A stretch of DNA of 63,372 nt, counting the filler. It is 6 parts of 6 records of this genome, joined end to end, with 100 filler letters (N's around TTAATTAATTAA, not from the genome) between each part and the next. Parts side by side here need not be neighbours in the genome. Positions count along the whole stretch, not along the records: positions 12,324 to 24,641 come from SRR31156797_7401; positions 24,742 to 30,007 come from SRR31156797_7411; 4 more parts are not named here. One strand, given 5' to 3'. The notes under the pieces were generated by a model. It was not told where the DNA came from. It searched no databases and worked only from the letters and a program-made list of their open reading frames with translations. Below are positions 19,501 to 28,504 of the stretch, piece by piece (position 1 is the stretch's first letter; every line of letters starts with the position of its first letter). The position numbers were made by a program, and so were the translations under genes.

Positions 19501-21272
19501 CAGTAGAGCTTTTGAAGCAGGAGGTCAACGAAAGGGCCGTGGAACTGATCGGCGATCAGAACAAGCAGCTGGACCAGCTCTCACAGGACGCCGTGCGACT
19601 GGCGTTGAGAGGCGACCGGGCCTCCCTGGAGGAGCTGAGCCTGATCCAGGAGACCATCAGCCGCATTGAGCGCGAGATCAATGACAAGCTCTCCACCGTC
19701 TCCAATGTGGTGCAGACCTACCCCGAGTTCTCCACAGGGAATCTCAGTCGGGACCGTCTTGTCTATACCTTCTACAAGCCCGTCCTATACAGAAACCAGG
19801 GGCGTGAGAGCTATTTCAGGGGCATCGTTCGTCTGGATGTTTCCATCGAGAGCATCCTGGACGGCATCGTCGAGACCCAAAGCAACATCGTCCGCATCAC
19901 GGTGATCATATCGCTGCTGGCCCTGGGGGGCGGACTGGCCGGTGCCCTTCTCCTGGCGCAGACAATGATCAACCCGATACGCAAGCTGGTAGCCGGTGTG
20001 GAAAGGGTGCGGGATACACAGGACAAGTCCCAGCTCGTCGGCCATTCCATCGAAACGGGAACCCGGGACGAGCTGGCCGCGCTGGCCTCCACCTTCAATC
20101 AGATGACAGAGGGGCTTGTGAAGGCGGCTGCGGCCAACAAGGAACTGATCATGGGTAAGGAGATCCAGAAGAAGTTCATCCCCCTGGAGACCATAACCGT
20201 GGGCAACAGAAAGCTCACAACGGGAGAGGCCGAGGACGACCATGCCCACTTCTTCGGCTATTACGAGGGAGCCAAGGGGGTATCGGGAGACTATTTCGAC
20301 TTTCGCAGGCTGGACGACGAGCACTACGCCATCATCAAATGCGATATCGCGGGAAAGGGGATCCCGGCGGCCCTGATTATGGTGGAGGTGGCTACCATCT
20401 TTATCGATTATTTCTCTAAGATCAATATCAAGCGCGACGGCATCCACCTGGAGAAGGTCGTGTATAACATCAACGACCTGCTGGACGAGGTGGGATTCGA
20501 GGGAAGGTTCGCGGCCTTTATAATCAATGTGATCAACGTCAGGACCGGTCAGTGCTGGCTCTGTCACGCCGGTGACAAGAACGTCTACTACTACGACGGG
20601 CAGGAGAAGAAGGTCAAACTGAAAGAACTCGCCGAATCACCGGCGGCCGGCGTATTCCCCTCGGACATGGTTCAGATGGGGCAGCCCTTCACTCAGGTGC
20701 CCCATGTGTTGAAGAGCGGGGACATCATGTTCCTCTTTACCGACGGTATCGAGGAAGCCCAGCGACACTTCAGAAACTCAGACTTTGAGATTATAGACTG
20801 CGACGACAGCTGCGGCGTTTCGAAGATCCTGGAAGAGGACGAGAAGGCCTATACATCCCATAAGAACGGAGAGAATTTCGAAGAGCTGGGAATCCCCCGG
20901 ATGGAGGCGATCATCGAGGCCTGTATGCAGAGGAAGAGATACGAGCTGGACCAGTACCATGCGCCCATTCCTAATCTGAAACTCAGCTTTGACTTTACCA
21001 ATAGCGAGGGCACCATGAAGGAGACGGTCCTGGCCCTGATCTCGGTGGAGAAGGTGAACCGCCTGATCCCCGATCCCAGCGCCGGACCGGACGATCGTAT
21101 CCGGATCGACAATAAGATCGACGATTTCCTGAAGCAGCATTTCGATCAGTACCGGGACTACTTCAAGTACCCTATACCCGATGAGGAGTACCCTGAGTAC
21201 ACCTACTATTCCCACCTCAAAGAGGACGAACAGTTCGACGACCTCACCATCCTGGGAATCCGGAAGAAGTAA
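16545..21272 (+). CDS. Membrane PP2C/SpoIIE-family phosphatase with HAMP domain and large extracytoplasmic propeller/Ig-like region
   Basis: Signal peptide, Asp-box-like SRDGLSWS and SESGSRWT, three TM helices, HAMP (NPIRKL...RDELAALASTFNQM), PP2C motifs VSGDYFD, CDIAGKG, HAGD, FTDGIEEA, DDLTIL. Confidence 0.87.
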   Translation: MRILFLLILISSPVLFLSAADYYWENPVNIRTGNSYYPQFVSSTEQGYVLTAWQEYDADDPELVSIRGSYSRDGLSWSDPQDLIPRFRYVSEDNVSLFSMSLDGDGNPVLAITASEQEIDIYRMNSPGMAMERISVIETEYTSVVPRIFRRADGSLILFMTGRVVLGSGTDALSIYASFSESGSRWTLPEHFISDNELKQNFLPVYSHDGEREYVVFQSLFTGTRNSYQIYLKSKGLDDSSWDREVQITSFDEFRNGENYSFAQFDNQRPHLTVENEQVHLVWERRLGREQPQIYYGVFDVQGRSLEEPEQISRGSYFTASPRIIRENGETLVLWFDNRSGNQVVMAQRRGVFWQERRLSLMPGDSTYARWIRFNDDFYVLWENLRNEGRNITILAPDRTAPLPIVRTVNFTDRGRQADDRAILSWKRPEDSSGVLGFSYVWDKSPDTEPDRDDEILDLRERTQTFRASEDGDWYFHIALVDYAGNWSETRHIRITRDTVAPSPVQFFKPLTDAMGYLISNTFTLTWRSEDEDLGGYSYAFHFLGEEADLLDPSLLDLKSPPDTVQTVSSAVQYNNRDNGYWALSVSAFDDVGNKSEPAILLFRTNKYVPVTFISDVRSRRDELERVVLTIVGRGFSAGGRISRVILDRDGKAPWDYEYGRDDYRVRTDRVIEGPTVEVFNEGVYRVAVEHPRRGIAWASGRLRLESSGTVRFGDFSYDYKTFWQAVDLAEKVFSLNTAVFYGILFFLFLICLFSAWQLHRLIREGRELEKDIKAIIEGTPFKEEVSRERLRTMKQRGMGLRLKFTLALLSLILAVILLISLFLGNYMLNTQKQNLSEGLYEKSSLLLETLATSARTYLPTQNRLELGLLPGTIRAMDDALNTTITGQGANDPEGFDYIWSSNKGDIDLYQQFPAEVESGKIRFPEGWDDSEKADFDSLYRDGGLYSFADFGEEERQRIHDVLEASNQIAAIEAGVSRISDPVSPAVELLKQEVNERAVELIGDQNKQLDQLSQDAVRLALRGDRASLEELSLIQETISRIEREINDKLSTVSNVVQTYPEFSTGNLSRDRLVYTFYKPVLYRNQGRESYFRGIVRLDVSIESILDGIVETQSNIVRITVIISLLALGGGLAGALLLAQTMINPIRKLVAGVERVRDTQDKSQLVGHSIETGTRDELAALASTFNQMTEGLVKAAAANKELIMGKEIQKKFIPLETITVGNRKLTTGEAEDDHAHFFGYYEGAKGVSGDYFDFRRLDDEHYAIIKCDIAGKGIPAALIMVEVATIFIDYFSKINIKRDGIHLEKVVYNINDLLDEVGFEGRFAAFIINVINVRTGQCWLCHAGDKNVYYYDGQEKKVKLKELAESPAAGVFPSDMVQMGQPFTQVPHVLKSGDIMFLFTDGIEEAQRHFRNSDFEIIDCDDSCGVSKILEEDEKAYTSHKNGENFEELGIPRMEAIIEACMQRKRYELDQYHAPIPNLKLSFDFTNSEGTMKETVLALISVEKVNRLIPDPSAGPDDRIRIDNKIDDFLKQHFDQYRDYFKYPIPDEEYPEYTYYSHLKEDEQFDDLTILGIRKK

Positions 21273-21595
21273 TGGGCTTTTTCTGCTACAACTGCGGACG
21301 CGAAGTGGACAGGGAGAGCGAGAGCTGTCCCGAATGCGGCGTGCGCTTCAAGGCGGTGAAGTGTCCCTCCTGCGGCTATACGGACCGGGCGGAGTTTTTC
21401 AAGGGCGGCTGTCCCCGCTGCGGCTATATGGCCGCGGAAGATGAGCAGGAGCCAGCGGCCGGGCCGGTGCCAGGAAGGAAAAAAAAGGAGGGAAAGCCCT
21501 TTCTGGGCTTTATCCCCGTCTCGGTGTTCTGGCTCGCCGGACTTGTCCTGCTTCTGATTCTGTTCATTCTGATCTACGCGCTTATCTCATCCTGA
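21272..21595 (+). CDS. Double zinc-ribbon protein with C-terminal membrane anchor
   Basis: Four CxxC pairs (CYNC, CPEC, CPSC, CPRC), C-terminal hydrophobic helix, TAATG coupling to the phosphatase gene. Confidence 0.8.
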   Translation: MGFFCYNCGREVDRESESCPECGVRFKAVKCPSCGYTDRAEFFKGGCPRCGYMAAEDEQEPAAGPVPGRKKKEGKPFLGFIPVSVFWLAGLVLLLILFILIYALISS

Positions 21596-21597
21596 AA

Positions 21598-21649
21598 CCG
21601 CCGGACCTTCCGGCCTCCGGAAGGTCGGGGACGGGCAGCGCTCCGGCGG
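21598..21649. terminator. GC-rich hairpin between convergent genes
   Basis: GACCTTCCGG-CCT-CCGGAAGGTC, a perfect 10-bp stem, plus an outer CCGCCGGA/TCCGGCGG inverted repeat; no U-tract. Confidence 0.5.
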
Positions 21650-21652
21650 CTA

Positions 21653-23107
21653 TCAGATAAGGAATCCCAGATTAAAACCGAAGGAGTTGGAGTTCTTCTC
21701 ATCCTTGAACTCCCTCTGGTAAACGCCGAAGAGACCCATGTGCATGGGGGAGTCGGGGAAATAGTAGTTGAGCTCCAGGGCTCCCTGCAGAATGGGATCG
21801 GTTCCGCGATAGGAGGGAAGGTAGAGGGAAGAGGAGAGGGCCGCGCTGAACAGGGCGCTGCCGTAGGAGAGTCCCCAGCGGAGCACGGCTGTGGCGTCAT
21901 AGTCGTCGTTTTCCGTGGTTCCCAGCTCCCTGAGAGAGTAGAGGAACTCGGGGGAGAGATAGAAATCCCAGAGCTGATGCCTGAACTGAAGGGGGACGAA
22001 GAAGGATACTCCCGCCGGATCTCTCACCAGGGTCCCTCCCTGTTTCTCCTCCAGATCGCTGATGGCGGCCTTGTAGCTCCCCCGCAGTCCGATGGCGACT
22101 TTGAAGGGCGTATCCTCAAGAAGGGTCAGCTTGTGGGATGTGTTCATCCTCAGGGACGGTCGCTTGTACTCATTGATGAAGGCGGTTTCGACCTCTGCCG
22201 AGGCCTCCCATCTTTTGACAGGGGAAAGGCGGAAGTAGAAGGAGAAGGGGAGGTTGTAGCTGTGCGAATCGTCTTCGTAGACCCGATCGACCGCAAATAC
22301 CGAACCGAACTGGAAGGCCCTGGGGAAAAGATTTACCGCAGAGGGGGCGAGGGTCAGACCGCTGAATCCCGAGAAATAGCTTAAGGGGCGCCGGCTGTAG
22401 TTTCTGTTGAGATCGAAGTCCTGTGACCTTACGGGCCTGAACAGAAGACTGTAATCCCCGTCGGGCATGTCGTCTCCCGACGCATCCTTTCCGTCCCACC
22501 GAATAACGGTTCCTCCGGGATAGGGGCGGGGCCGAAGGGTCAGAAGGCTCTGTCCCGCCCGGGAGACAAGGATGGTTTCCACGTCGTTCAGATCCTCTTC
22601 CGTCATAAAATAGAGATGGCTGTAGTAGGACGGATCCTCCGGGTTTATCTCTTCGTAAAGGGCCCTGGAGCCGACGGCATAGGCTGTGTCTCCCCCGTAC
22701 TCCGGCCGTGAGGAGGCCCTGTTGTATGAGATCGTTACGGTTGTCCTCTTGCCGGGGTGCACATTGACCCAGAACGAGACATCGTCATAGCCGGGCTTTT
22801 CAAGGCGCACACGAAGGTAGCCCGTCGGAACAGAATCGCTTTCAAAGGGCGTGCGGCCCTCCTCTTTGTCCCGTATGAAGACCTCCACGTACTCTACGTC
22901 CGTAATGATCTCCAGGCCGGGCCGGAAGCTGAAATCCCTCTCCTTCCGATAGTCCTCCTCCTGAAGCCGGGGGGGGCGTTCGTATTCAAGGGAGTCCCTT
23001 ATCTGAATATCTATATCGGGAGCCGCATTTTCTGTGGGCCCCTTCTCCTGGGCCCACAGGGAAGATATGAACAGGGTGAAAGACAGTATGGCCGTTATTC
23101 TTTTCAT
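21653..23107 (-). CDS. Exported PEGA-domain protein with FlgD-like Ig segment and probable C-terminal beta-barrel
   Basis: Start MKRITAIL (ATG at 23107); PEGA-like GRTPF...GYLRVRLEKPGY; WDGKDASG...PDGDY; amphipathic strands ending FGFNLGFLI. Confidence 0.65.
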   Translation of the reverse strand: MKRITAILSFTLFISSLWAQEKGPTENAAPDIDIQIRDSLEYERPPRLQEEDYRKERDFSFRPGLEIITDVEYVEVFIRDKEEGRTPFESDSVPTGYLRVRLEKPGYDDVSFWVNVHPGKRTTVTISYNRASSRPEYGGDTAYAVGSRALYEEINPEDPSYYSHLYFMTEEDLNDVETILVSRAGQSLLTLRPRPYPGGTVIRWDGKDASGDDMPDGDYSLLFRPVRSQDFDLNRNYSRRPLSYFSGFSGLTLAPSAVNLFPRAFQFGSVFAVDRVYEDDSHSYNLPFSFYFRLSPVKRWEASAEVETAFINEYKRPSLRMNTSHKLTLLEDTPFKVAIGLRGSYKAAISDLEEKQGGTLVRDPAGVSFFVPLQFRHQLWDFYLSPEFLYSLRELGTTENDDYDATAVLRWGLSYGSALFSAALSSSLYLPSYRGTDPILQGALELNYYFPDSPMHMGLFGVYQREFKDEKNSNSFGFNLGFLI

Positions 23108-23184
23108 TATTACTACCGTTTTTTTAAGATCTAATCCCAACCCCCGGCTATTCTCTTTGGCTTCAACAGCCGATAGTAAGGGTA

Positions 23185-23775
23185 ATGAAGACGCACATAT
23201 TCATTTTACTACCATTTCTGATCTTTTCACAGCCGTTGTATTCCCAGGTTTCCTCAAACGGGGGGGCGGAGGAGGAAAGCGTCACGGCCGAAGAAGAAAA
23301 CACGGGAAGCGCCGAGCTTCCCGACGGGTACAGATCCCTCAGGCTGGGTATGGGCCTTGAGGTTGTGAAGGATAATCTTCTGACCGACGCCCGTTTTGAT
23401 TTCAGGGGAGATCCGGATGTTTCCGTACGGAGGTCGGGAGACCAGTCAATGATCGTCAGCAGAGGGAAATCTTTTATAGACACAGCTTATTTTCAGTTCG
23501 ACCAGGGCAGCCTCTATCTGATCACCCTGGAACTGAACCGGGAGAAGATCGACTTCTATACCATGCAGAGCCGTCTGACCGAAAACTACGGAGGCCCCCA
23601 AACCATCTCCCCCGAGGGCATGAGCTGGAGCGACGACAGGGTGCGCATAAGCCTTGAGTATCCTCTCACCATCAAGTATCTTGACCTTATGACCTTCAAC
23701 CGCTTCTTAGAGGACAGGGTCCGCCGCAGAAGCTTTGAGGAGATCTCGCGGACGAAGTTTTTAGAGGATTTTTAA
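23185..23775 (+). CDS. Exported hypothetical protein
   Basis: Signal peptide, GYRSLRLGM motif, TAATG coupling to the next gene. Confidence 0.7.
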   Translation: MKTHIFILLPFLIFSQPLYSQVSSNGGAEEESVTAEEENTGSAELPDGYRSLRLGMGLEVVKDNLLTDARFDFRGDPDVSVRRSGDQSMIVSRGKSFIDTAYFQFDQGSLYLITLELNREKIDFYTMQSRLTENYGGPQTISPEGMSWSDDRVRISLEYPLTIKYLDLMTFNRFLEDRVRRRSFEEISRTKFLEDF

Positions 23776-24203
23776 TGAATAGCACAGCCAAGGCCTTTGC
23801 CGTCCTGCTCTTGGTCCTGAATGTTGTCTCCTGCCGCGCCGAGGGGCTGAAGACAAAGGAGCTTGCCGTCGGAGACGTCGGCCTCACTGTCGAAATCGCC
23901 GATACTCCCGAGGCGAGAAAGACCGGTCTTATGAACAGGAAAAGCCTGGACTACGGAAAGGGGATGCTCTTCGTCTTCGACAGGGAGCAGAAGCTTTCGT
24001 TCTGGATGAAGGATACGTCCATACCCCTTTCCATCGCCTATATCAGCAAATCGGGGGTGATCCGGGAGATCCATCCTCTGGAGCCTTTTTCACAGAGCCC
24101 CGTATATTCGCGGCACTCCGTCCTCTACGCCCTTGAGGTCAACAGGGGCTGGTTCAGGGAGCAGGGCGTCAAGGTGGGCGACCGGATTCAGTTCTCTCCC
24201 TGA
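23775..24203 (+). CDS. DUF192 family protein, probable lipoprotein
   Basis: Motifs VEIADTP..R..GLM, GMLFVF, FWMKDTSIPLSIAYI, YALEVN; lipobox-like VVSC. Confidence 0.88.
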   Translation: MNSTAKAFAVLLLVLNVVSCRAEGLKTKELAVGDVGLTVEIADTPEARKTGLMNRKSLDYGKGMLFVFDREQKLSFWMKDTSIPLSIAYISKSGVIREIHPLEPFSQSPVYSRHSVLYALEVNRGWFREQGVKVGDRIQFSP

Positions 24204-24379
24204 TCCTTCCGGCTTATCTCCTCGATAATCTGTTCCGCCTTCTCCAGTTCCTTCTCAAGCTCGTCTGCCAGGACCTTCCCTTCCTTGAACAGCTCCATCT
24301 GCCTGCCGAAGTCGACGCTTCCCTCGCGGATGGCGCCGGCGATCTCTTCCAGTCTTTTCATCTTATCTTCAAAGTTCAT
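24188..24379 (-). CDS. xseB: Exodeoxyribonuclease VII small subunit
   Basis: MNFEDKMKRLEEI...ELFKEG...ELEKAEQII; lies downstream of xseA. Confidence 0.85.
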   Translation of the reverse strand: MNFEDKMKRLEEIAGAIREGSVDFGRQMELFKEGKVLADELEKELEKAEQIIEEISRKDQGEN

Positions 24380-24641
24380 CCTTATCTCCCGATTCTGTGT
24401 CTTCCCGTACGCCGGCCGAAACCATGCCGTCTGAAAACTCAAGGCTTATCCTGTCGCCCGGTGTGAGGCGGGCGGCCTCCTTCACCCATTCGTCCCCCCG
24501 GCGGACCATCGCGAACCCCCGGGAAAGGATGGACTCGGGGGACGAGGCGTTCAGCAGTTCCCTTACCACGTCGATGCTGCGGCGGCTGCTTTTGATCCGG
24601 TCTTCCAGGCAGTGCCTGATGTCCATCAGCGCCATGTCCAC
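24369..24641 (-). CDS. xseA: Exodeoxyribonuclease VII large subunit, 3' end (partial)
   Basis: SPESILSRGFAMV...GDRISLEFSDG C-terminal signature. Confidence 0.85.
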   Translation of the reverse strand: MDMALMDIRHCLEDRIKSSRRSIDVVRELLNASSPESILSRGFAMVRRGDEWVKEAARLTPGDRISLEFSDGMVSAGVREDTESGDKDEL

Positions 24642-24741
24642 NNNNNNNNNNNNNNNNNNNNNNNNNNNNNNNNNNNNNNNNNNNNTTAATTAATTAANNN
24701 NNNNNNNNNNNNNNNNNNNNNNNNNNNNNNNNNNNNNNNNN
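24642..24741. other. Artificial contig linker
   Basis: 44 N + TTAATTAATTAA + 44 N. Confidence 0.98.
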
Positions 24742-25512
<771 letters not shown>

Positions 25513-25519
25513 ACTCTTA

Positions 25520-25549
25520 AGGCCCCTCCCGGTATTCGGGACGGGGCCT
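25520..25549 (+). terminator. GC-rich hairpin after icd
   Basis: AGGCCCC-TCCCG-GTATT-CGGGA-C-GGGGCCT; lacks a clear U-tract. Confidence 0.5.
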
Positions 25550-25590
25550 ATGGGATAACCGGATTTTTGTGAGGATACCCCCTGTCCGGC

Positions 25591-25706
25591 TTATAACCAT
25601 TCTGCCACGGATTTGAGTTTGATCATCAGCATCTGTTCGTCAAAGGGCTTTCCGATGGCATTGAATCCTCTACCACCAAAAAAGATAAACTCTTTAGTTT
25701 TTCCAT
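25591..25706 (-). pseudogene. Remnant of a CheY-like receiver-domain gene with internal deletion and frameshift
   Basis: Frame A reads MEKLKSLSFLVVEDS (receiver beta-1 plus acidic pair); frame B reads NAIGKPFDEQMLMIKLKSVAEWL* (KPF plus last helix); only 116 nt in total. Confidence 0.7.
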
Positions 25707-25769
25707 GACGACACCGTTAATGTGTTCATTCGGTTGGAGGTCGGTGGTGCCTGAACCATACCTGCCGTA

Positions 25770-27749
25770 TCAGGCGGTAAACAAGGTCAGCTGGTTTCGC
25801 CTGGCATCGGCATGCTGGATGGTGACCTGGATGAGATCCCCGTGCTTGAGTTTGAATCCCGATGAGGGAAGCCGGGCTTCCAGCATGAATTCCTTGAGCA
25901 GAACATTATAATGATCCCTGTGGCAGTCCAGGATCAGTCCTTCAAAATTGGCCCCCCTCATTCCTTCAAGGTATTTGATCAGCCAATACCGTTTCCTGGC
26001 CCCCTGGATCCGGCCGGTATTTGCCACGGGGATGGAAATGGCCTGGAGGATATCCTCAAGTTCCTGGGTTGAATAGGGCTTGCCCAGGCCGAGAACCGCC
26101 TTGAGCTGTCGCTGGGTGAGCAGGTCATGGTAGCGGCGGATGGGGGAGGTGGCCGTGACATAGGCTTTAACCCCCAGGCCGGCATGGGGCTCTGCATGGG
26201 TATTGATAATGGCCCGGCTCAATTGTTTCCGCTGCATGAAGTTGGGCATGAGGGAGGTCTCAATACCCTTGAATATCCGTTGTTTGGGCTGGGCCTGGGA
26301 GCGGAATACCGCCGGCATACCGTTGGCGCTTAGAAAATCCGCCATCAGGGAATTTGCCAAAATCATCATTTCCGAGACCAGCATCCGTGAGGGGTTCTCC
26401 CGGTCCACCTTGGCGTAGCGGATCTCCTTATTGCCCTCCAGCCAGACATTGACCTCGGGCAGGGTAATCTGGATCGCTCCTGCTTTTAATCGTTTTTCCC
26501 TTAAGATGGTGGCCATTTTATAAAGGCTGGTAATGGGATCGTTTTTGCCGTTGAGCAGGTTGGCTTCGGAATAGCTCATCTGTTGATGGACTTTGATGAC
26601 AGAGGGGACTATTTTATAATCCAGAACCTCAAAGAACCGGTTCATATGGACCAGGGTGGATATTCCGGGTCTGATCTGCCCCTCTTTAAGGCTGCAGAGA
26701 TCTTCTGACAGGCTGGAGGGGATCATGGGCAGTTTGTCGTCGGGCATATAGATGGACGAGGCCCGGTACCGTGCCGCCATGTCTATGGGGTCCTGGTTCC
26801 TTATATAGGCGCCCACATCAATGATGTGGATTCCGAGACGGTAGCCGTTTTCCGTGGTTTCAAGGCTGACGGCATCATCATAGTCCTGGGTGGACTGTCC
26901 GTCTATGGTGATCAGGGGAAGATGGGTGAGGTCCTGTCTCTTGGGATCGTCAAACAGCCGGGTTGCAGATTTGCACAGCCTGTCTGCCGCATCCATTACA
27001 GCAGAGGAAAATTCCACCGGGATGGACATGGACATAAGATCTATGTTTTCGTCAACGTCCCAGATTCCCGCCTTGACAAAGAGACCGAACAATTGGTCCA
27101 CCAGGCTGAGACCGGATTTTTTGATCATCTGCTTGGCAGTTGCGGCCATGTCAGCATCATTTCCGAACAGATAATACTCTTTTAAAATTTTGATGATCTG
27201 GGGATTTGGCGAATCCGGCAGCTTTGTTTCTTTCTGAAGTCTGGTGAGCCAGGCGGCCCCTTTGAGAATCAATGCTTCCCGCCGTTCCGTTTCTTTGATC
27301 TGCCGCTGTCTGGTCTCTACCTGTTTTTGGGTATAGGGCAGAAAGATTTGCCTGTTGAATTTAAAATAGAGGCGGTCATTGAAAAAGGCCCGAATCACAG
27401 CGGCTTCATGGTCGGAGGTCAAGGGCGGATCAAAGCAGAACAGGGTCATGGCGTCAATATCAATTTCCTCAGGTTCGTCGTGGAGGATTTCCCAGAGATC
27501 TTTGATATCGATTGATTCGGACAGATTTTTACGCTTGGCCGCCACCAGTTTGAGATGACTCACCAGGGCGGTCTTCGACAGATCCATGTCCAAACAGGCC
27601 TCGGAGACGTGGGACAGCCGTTTTTCAGAAAAGTTGACTTCCCGGCTGTTTTCATTGAGCAACCGGAGTTTGCCTTTTTTCTCGCTTAGAATTACCGCTG
27701 ATATAATTTTTTGCTGATCTATATATTCTACAATGGCGCCTATATTCAT
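25770..27749 (-). CDS. RNB-domain exoribonuclease (RNase II/R family)
   Basis: Motifs TIDGQSTQDYDDAVS, RASSIYMPD, LVSEMMILAN, HAGLG..Y...TSPIRRYHDL..QRQL. Confidence 0.92.
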   Translation of the reverse strand: MNIGAIVEYIDQQKIISAVILSEKKGKLRLLNENSREVNFSEKRLSHVSEACLDMDLSKTALVSHLKLVAAKRKNLSESIDIKDLWEILHDEPEEIDIDAMTLFCFDPPLTSDHEAAVIRAFFNDRLYFKFNRQIFLPYTQKQVETRQRQIKETERREALILKGAAWLTRLQKETKLPDSPNPQIIKILKEYYLFGNDADMAATAKQMIKKSGLSLVDQLFGLFVKAGIWDVDENIDLMSMSIPVEFSSAVMDAADRLCKSATRLFDDPKRQDLTHLPLITIDGQSTQDYDDAVSLETTENGYRLGIHIIDVGAYIRNQDPIDMAARYRASSIYMPDDKLPMIPSSLSEDLCSLKEGQIRPGISTLVHMNRFFEVLDYKIVPSVIKVHQQMSYSEANLLNGKNDPITSLYKMATILREKRLKAGAIQITLPEVNVWLEGNKEIRYAKVDRENPSRMLVSEMMILANSLMADFLSANGMPAVFRSQAQPKQRIFKGIETSLMPNFMQRKQLSRAIINTHAEPHAGLGVKAYVTATSPIRRYHDLLTQRQLKAVLGLGKPYSTQELEDILQAISIPVANTGRIQGARKRYWLIKYLEGMRGANFEGLILDCHRDHYNVLLKEFMLEARLPSSGFKLKHGDLIQVTIQHADARRNQLTLFTA

Positions 27750-27755
27750 GACAGG

Positions 27756-27784
27756 ACCATAACAGGAAGACTAGGCAAAGTCAA
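27756..27784 (-). promoter_or_regulatory. Sigma70-type promoter of the RNase gene, leaderless geometry
   Basis: TTGACT-17 nt-TATGGT with TG extension, then 6 nt to the ATG. Confidence 0.6.
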
Positions 27785-27806
27785 TTGCTCAAACCGGTCT
27801 CCCGCC

Positions 27807-27835
27807 TTGAAAATATGCCCTGTTTACGATAGAAT
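27807..27835 (+). promoter_or_regulatory. Sigma70-type promoter of the Smr gene, leaderless geometry
   Basis: TTGAAA-17 nt-TAGAAT, then 6 nt to the ATG at 27842. Confidence 0.62.
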
Positions 27836-27841
27836 GCTTCC

Positions 27842-28504
27842 ATGAGTAAATCAGAGAAATTTAAAAAAAAACGAGGAAAAACAAAGAAAAAAAACGACTT
27901 GCCCGTTTTGGATTCCGATGCGGATTTTCTCAAAGCCTTTTCCCGTGAAACCAGATCCGCCCCCAGAGCGAAAGGGAAAAAAAAACAAAACTCCGGCAGA
28001 AAGAAAAGGGCCTGGATTAACAAACACGGGTTACCCTTTATAGAGGAATACGAAACCCAATTTCTTTCCGATCCCCCCTCTAATCGTGTGGAAAACCAGG
28101 CAAGCGAGTCTGCCGGTGAGGAGGAGGATTTTGCCCGGCTTTTGGATGAATCTCTTAAAGAGAAGAAAGTCCCCCGCCACATTCCCAAACCCATGCCGTT
28201 GAAACGGCGGCTCAAACGATATCCCCCACCTGAAACCGACCTGGATCTCCACGGCTTCACGGCTGTGGGAGCGGAACTCAAGGCCAGATCATTTATCGCC
28301 ACTGCCCTGCACCAGGGCTTTTTTACCCTACGCATCGTTGTGGGCCGGGGGCTACATTCCCAGGAGGGACCGGTGCTTCCCCAGGTGGTTGAGGATCTGC
28401 TCAAAAAATTGAAAAAAGAAAAAATTGTCCTTGCCTATGAATGGGAGGGCCGGAAAAAAAACAGCGGGGCGGTGATTGTTTACCTAAAGCAATTCAGCGA
28501 TTGA
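27842..28504 (+). CDS. Smr/MutS2 C-terminal domain protein
   Basis: DLDLHGFT, IVVGRGLHS...PVL, SGAVIVYL; basic low-complexity N-terminus. Confidence 0.88.
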   Translation: MSKSEKFKKKRGKTKKKNDLPVLDSDADFLKAFSRETRSAPRAKGKKKQNSGRKKRAWINKHGLPFIEEYETQFLSDPPSNRVENQASESAGEEEDFARLLDESLKEKKVPRHIPKPMPLKRRLKRYPPPETDLDLHGFTAVGAELKARSFIATALHQGFFTLRIVVGRGLHSQEGPVLPQVVEDLLKKLKKEKIVLAYEWEGRKKNSGAVIVYLKQFSD

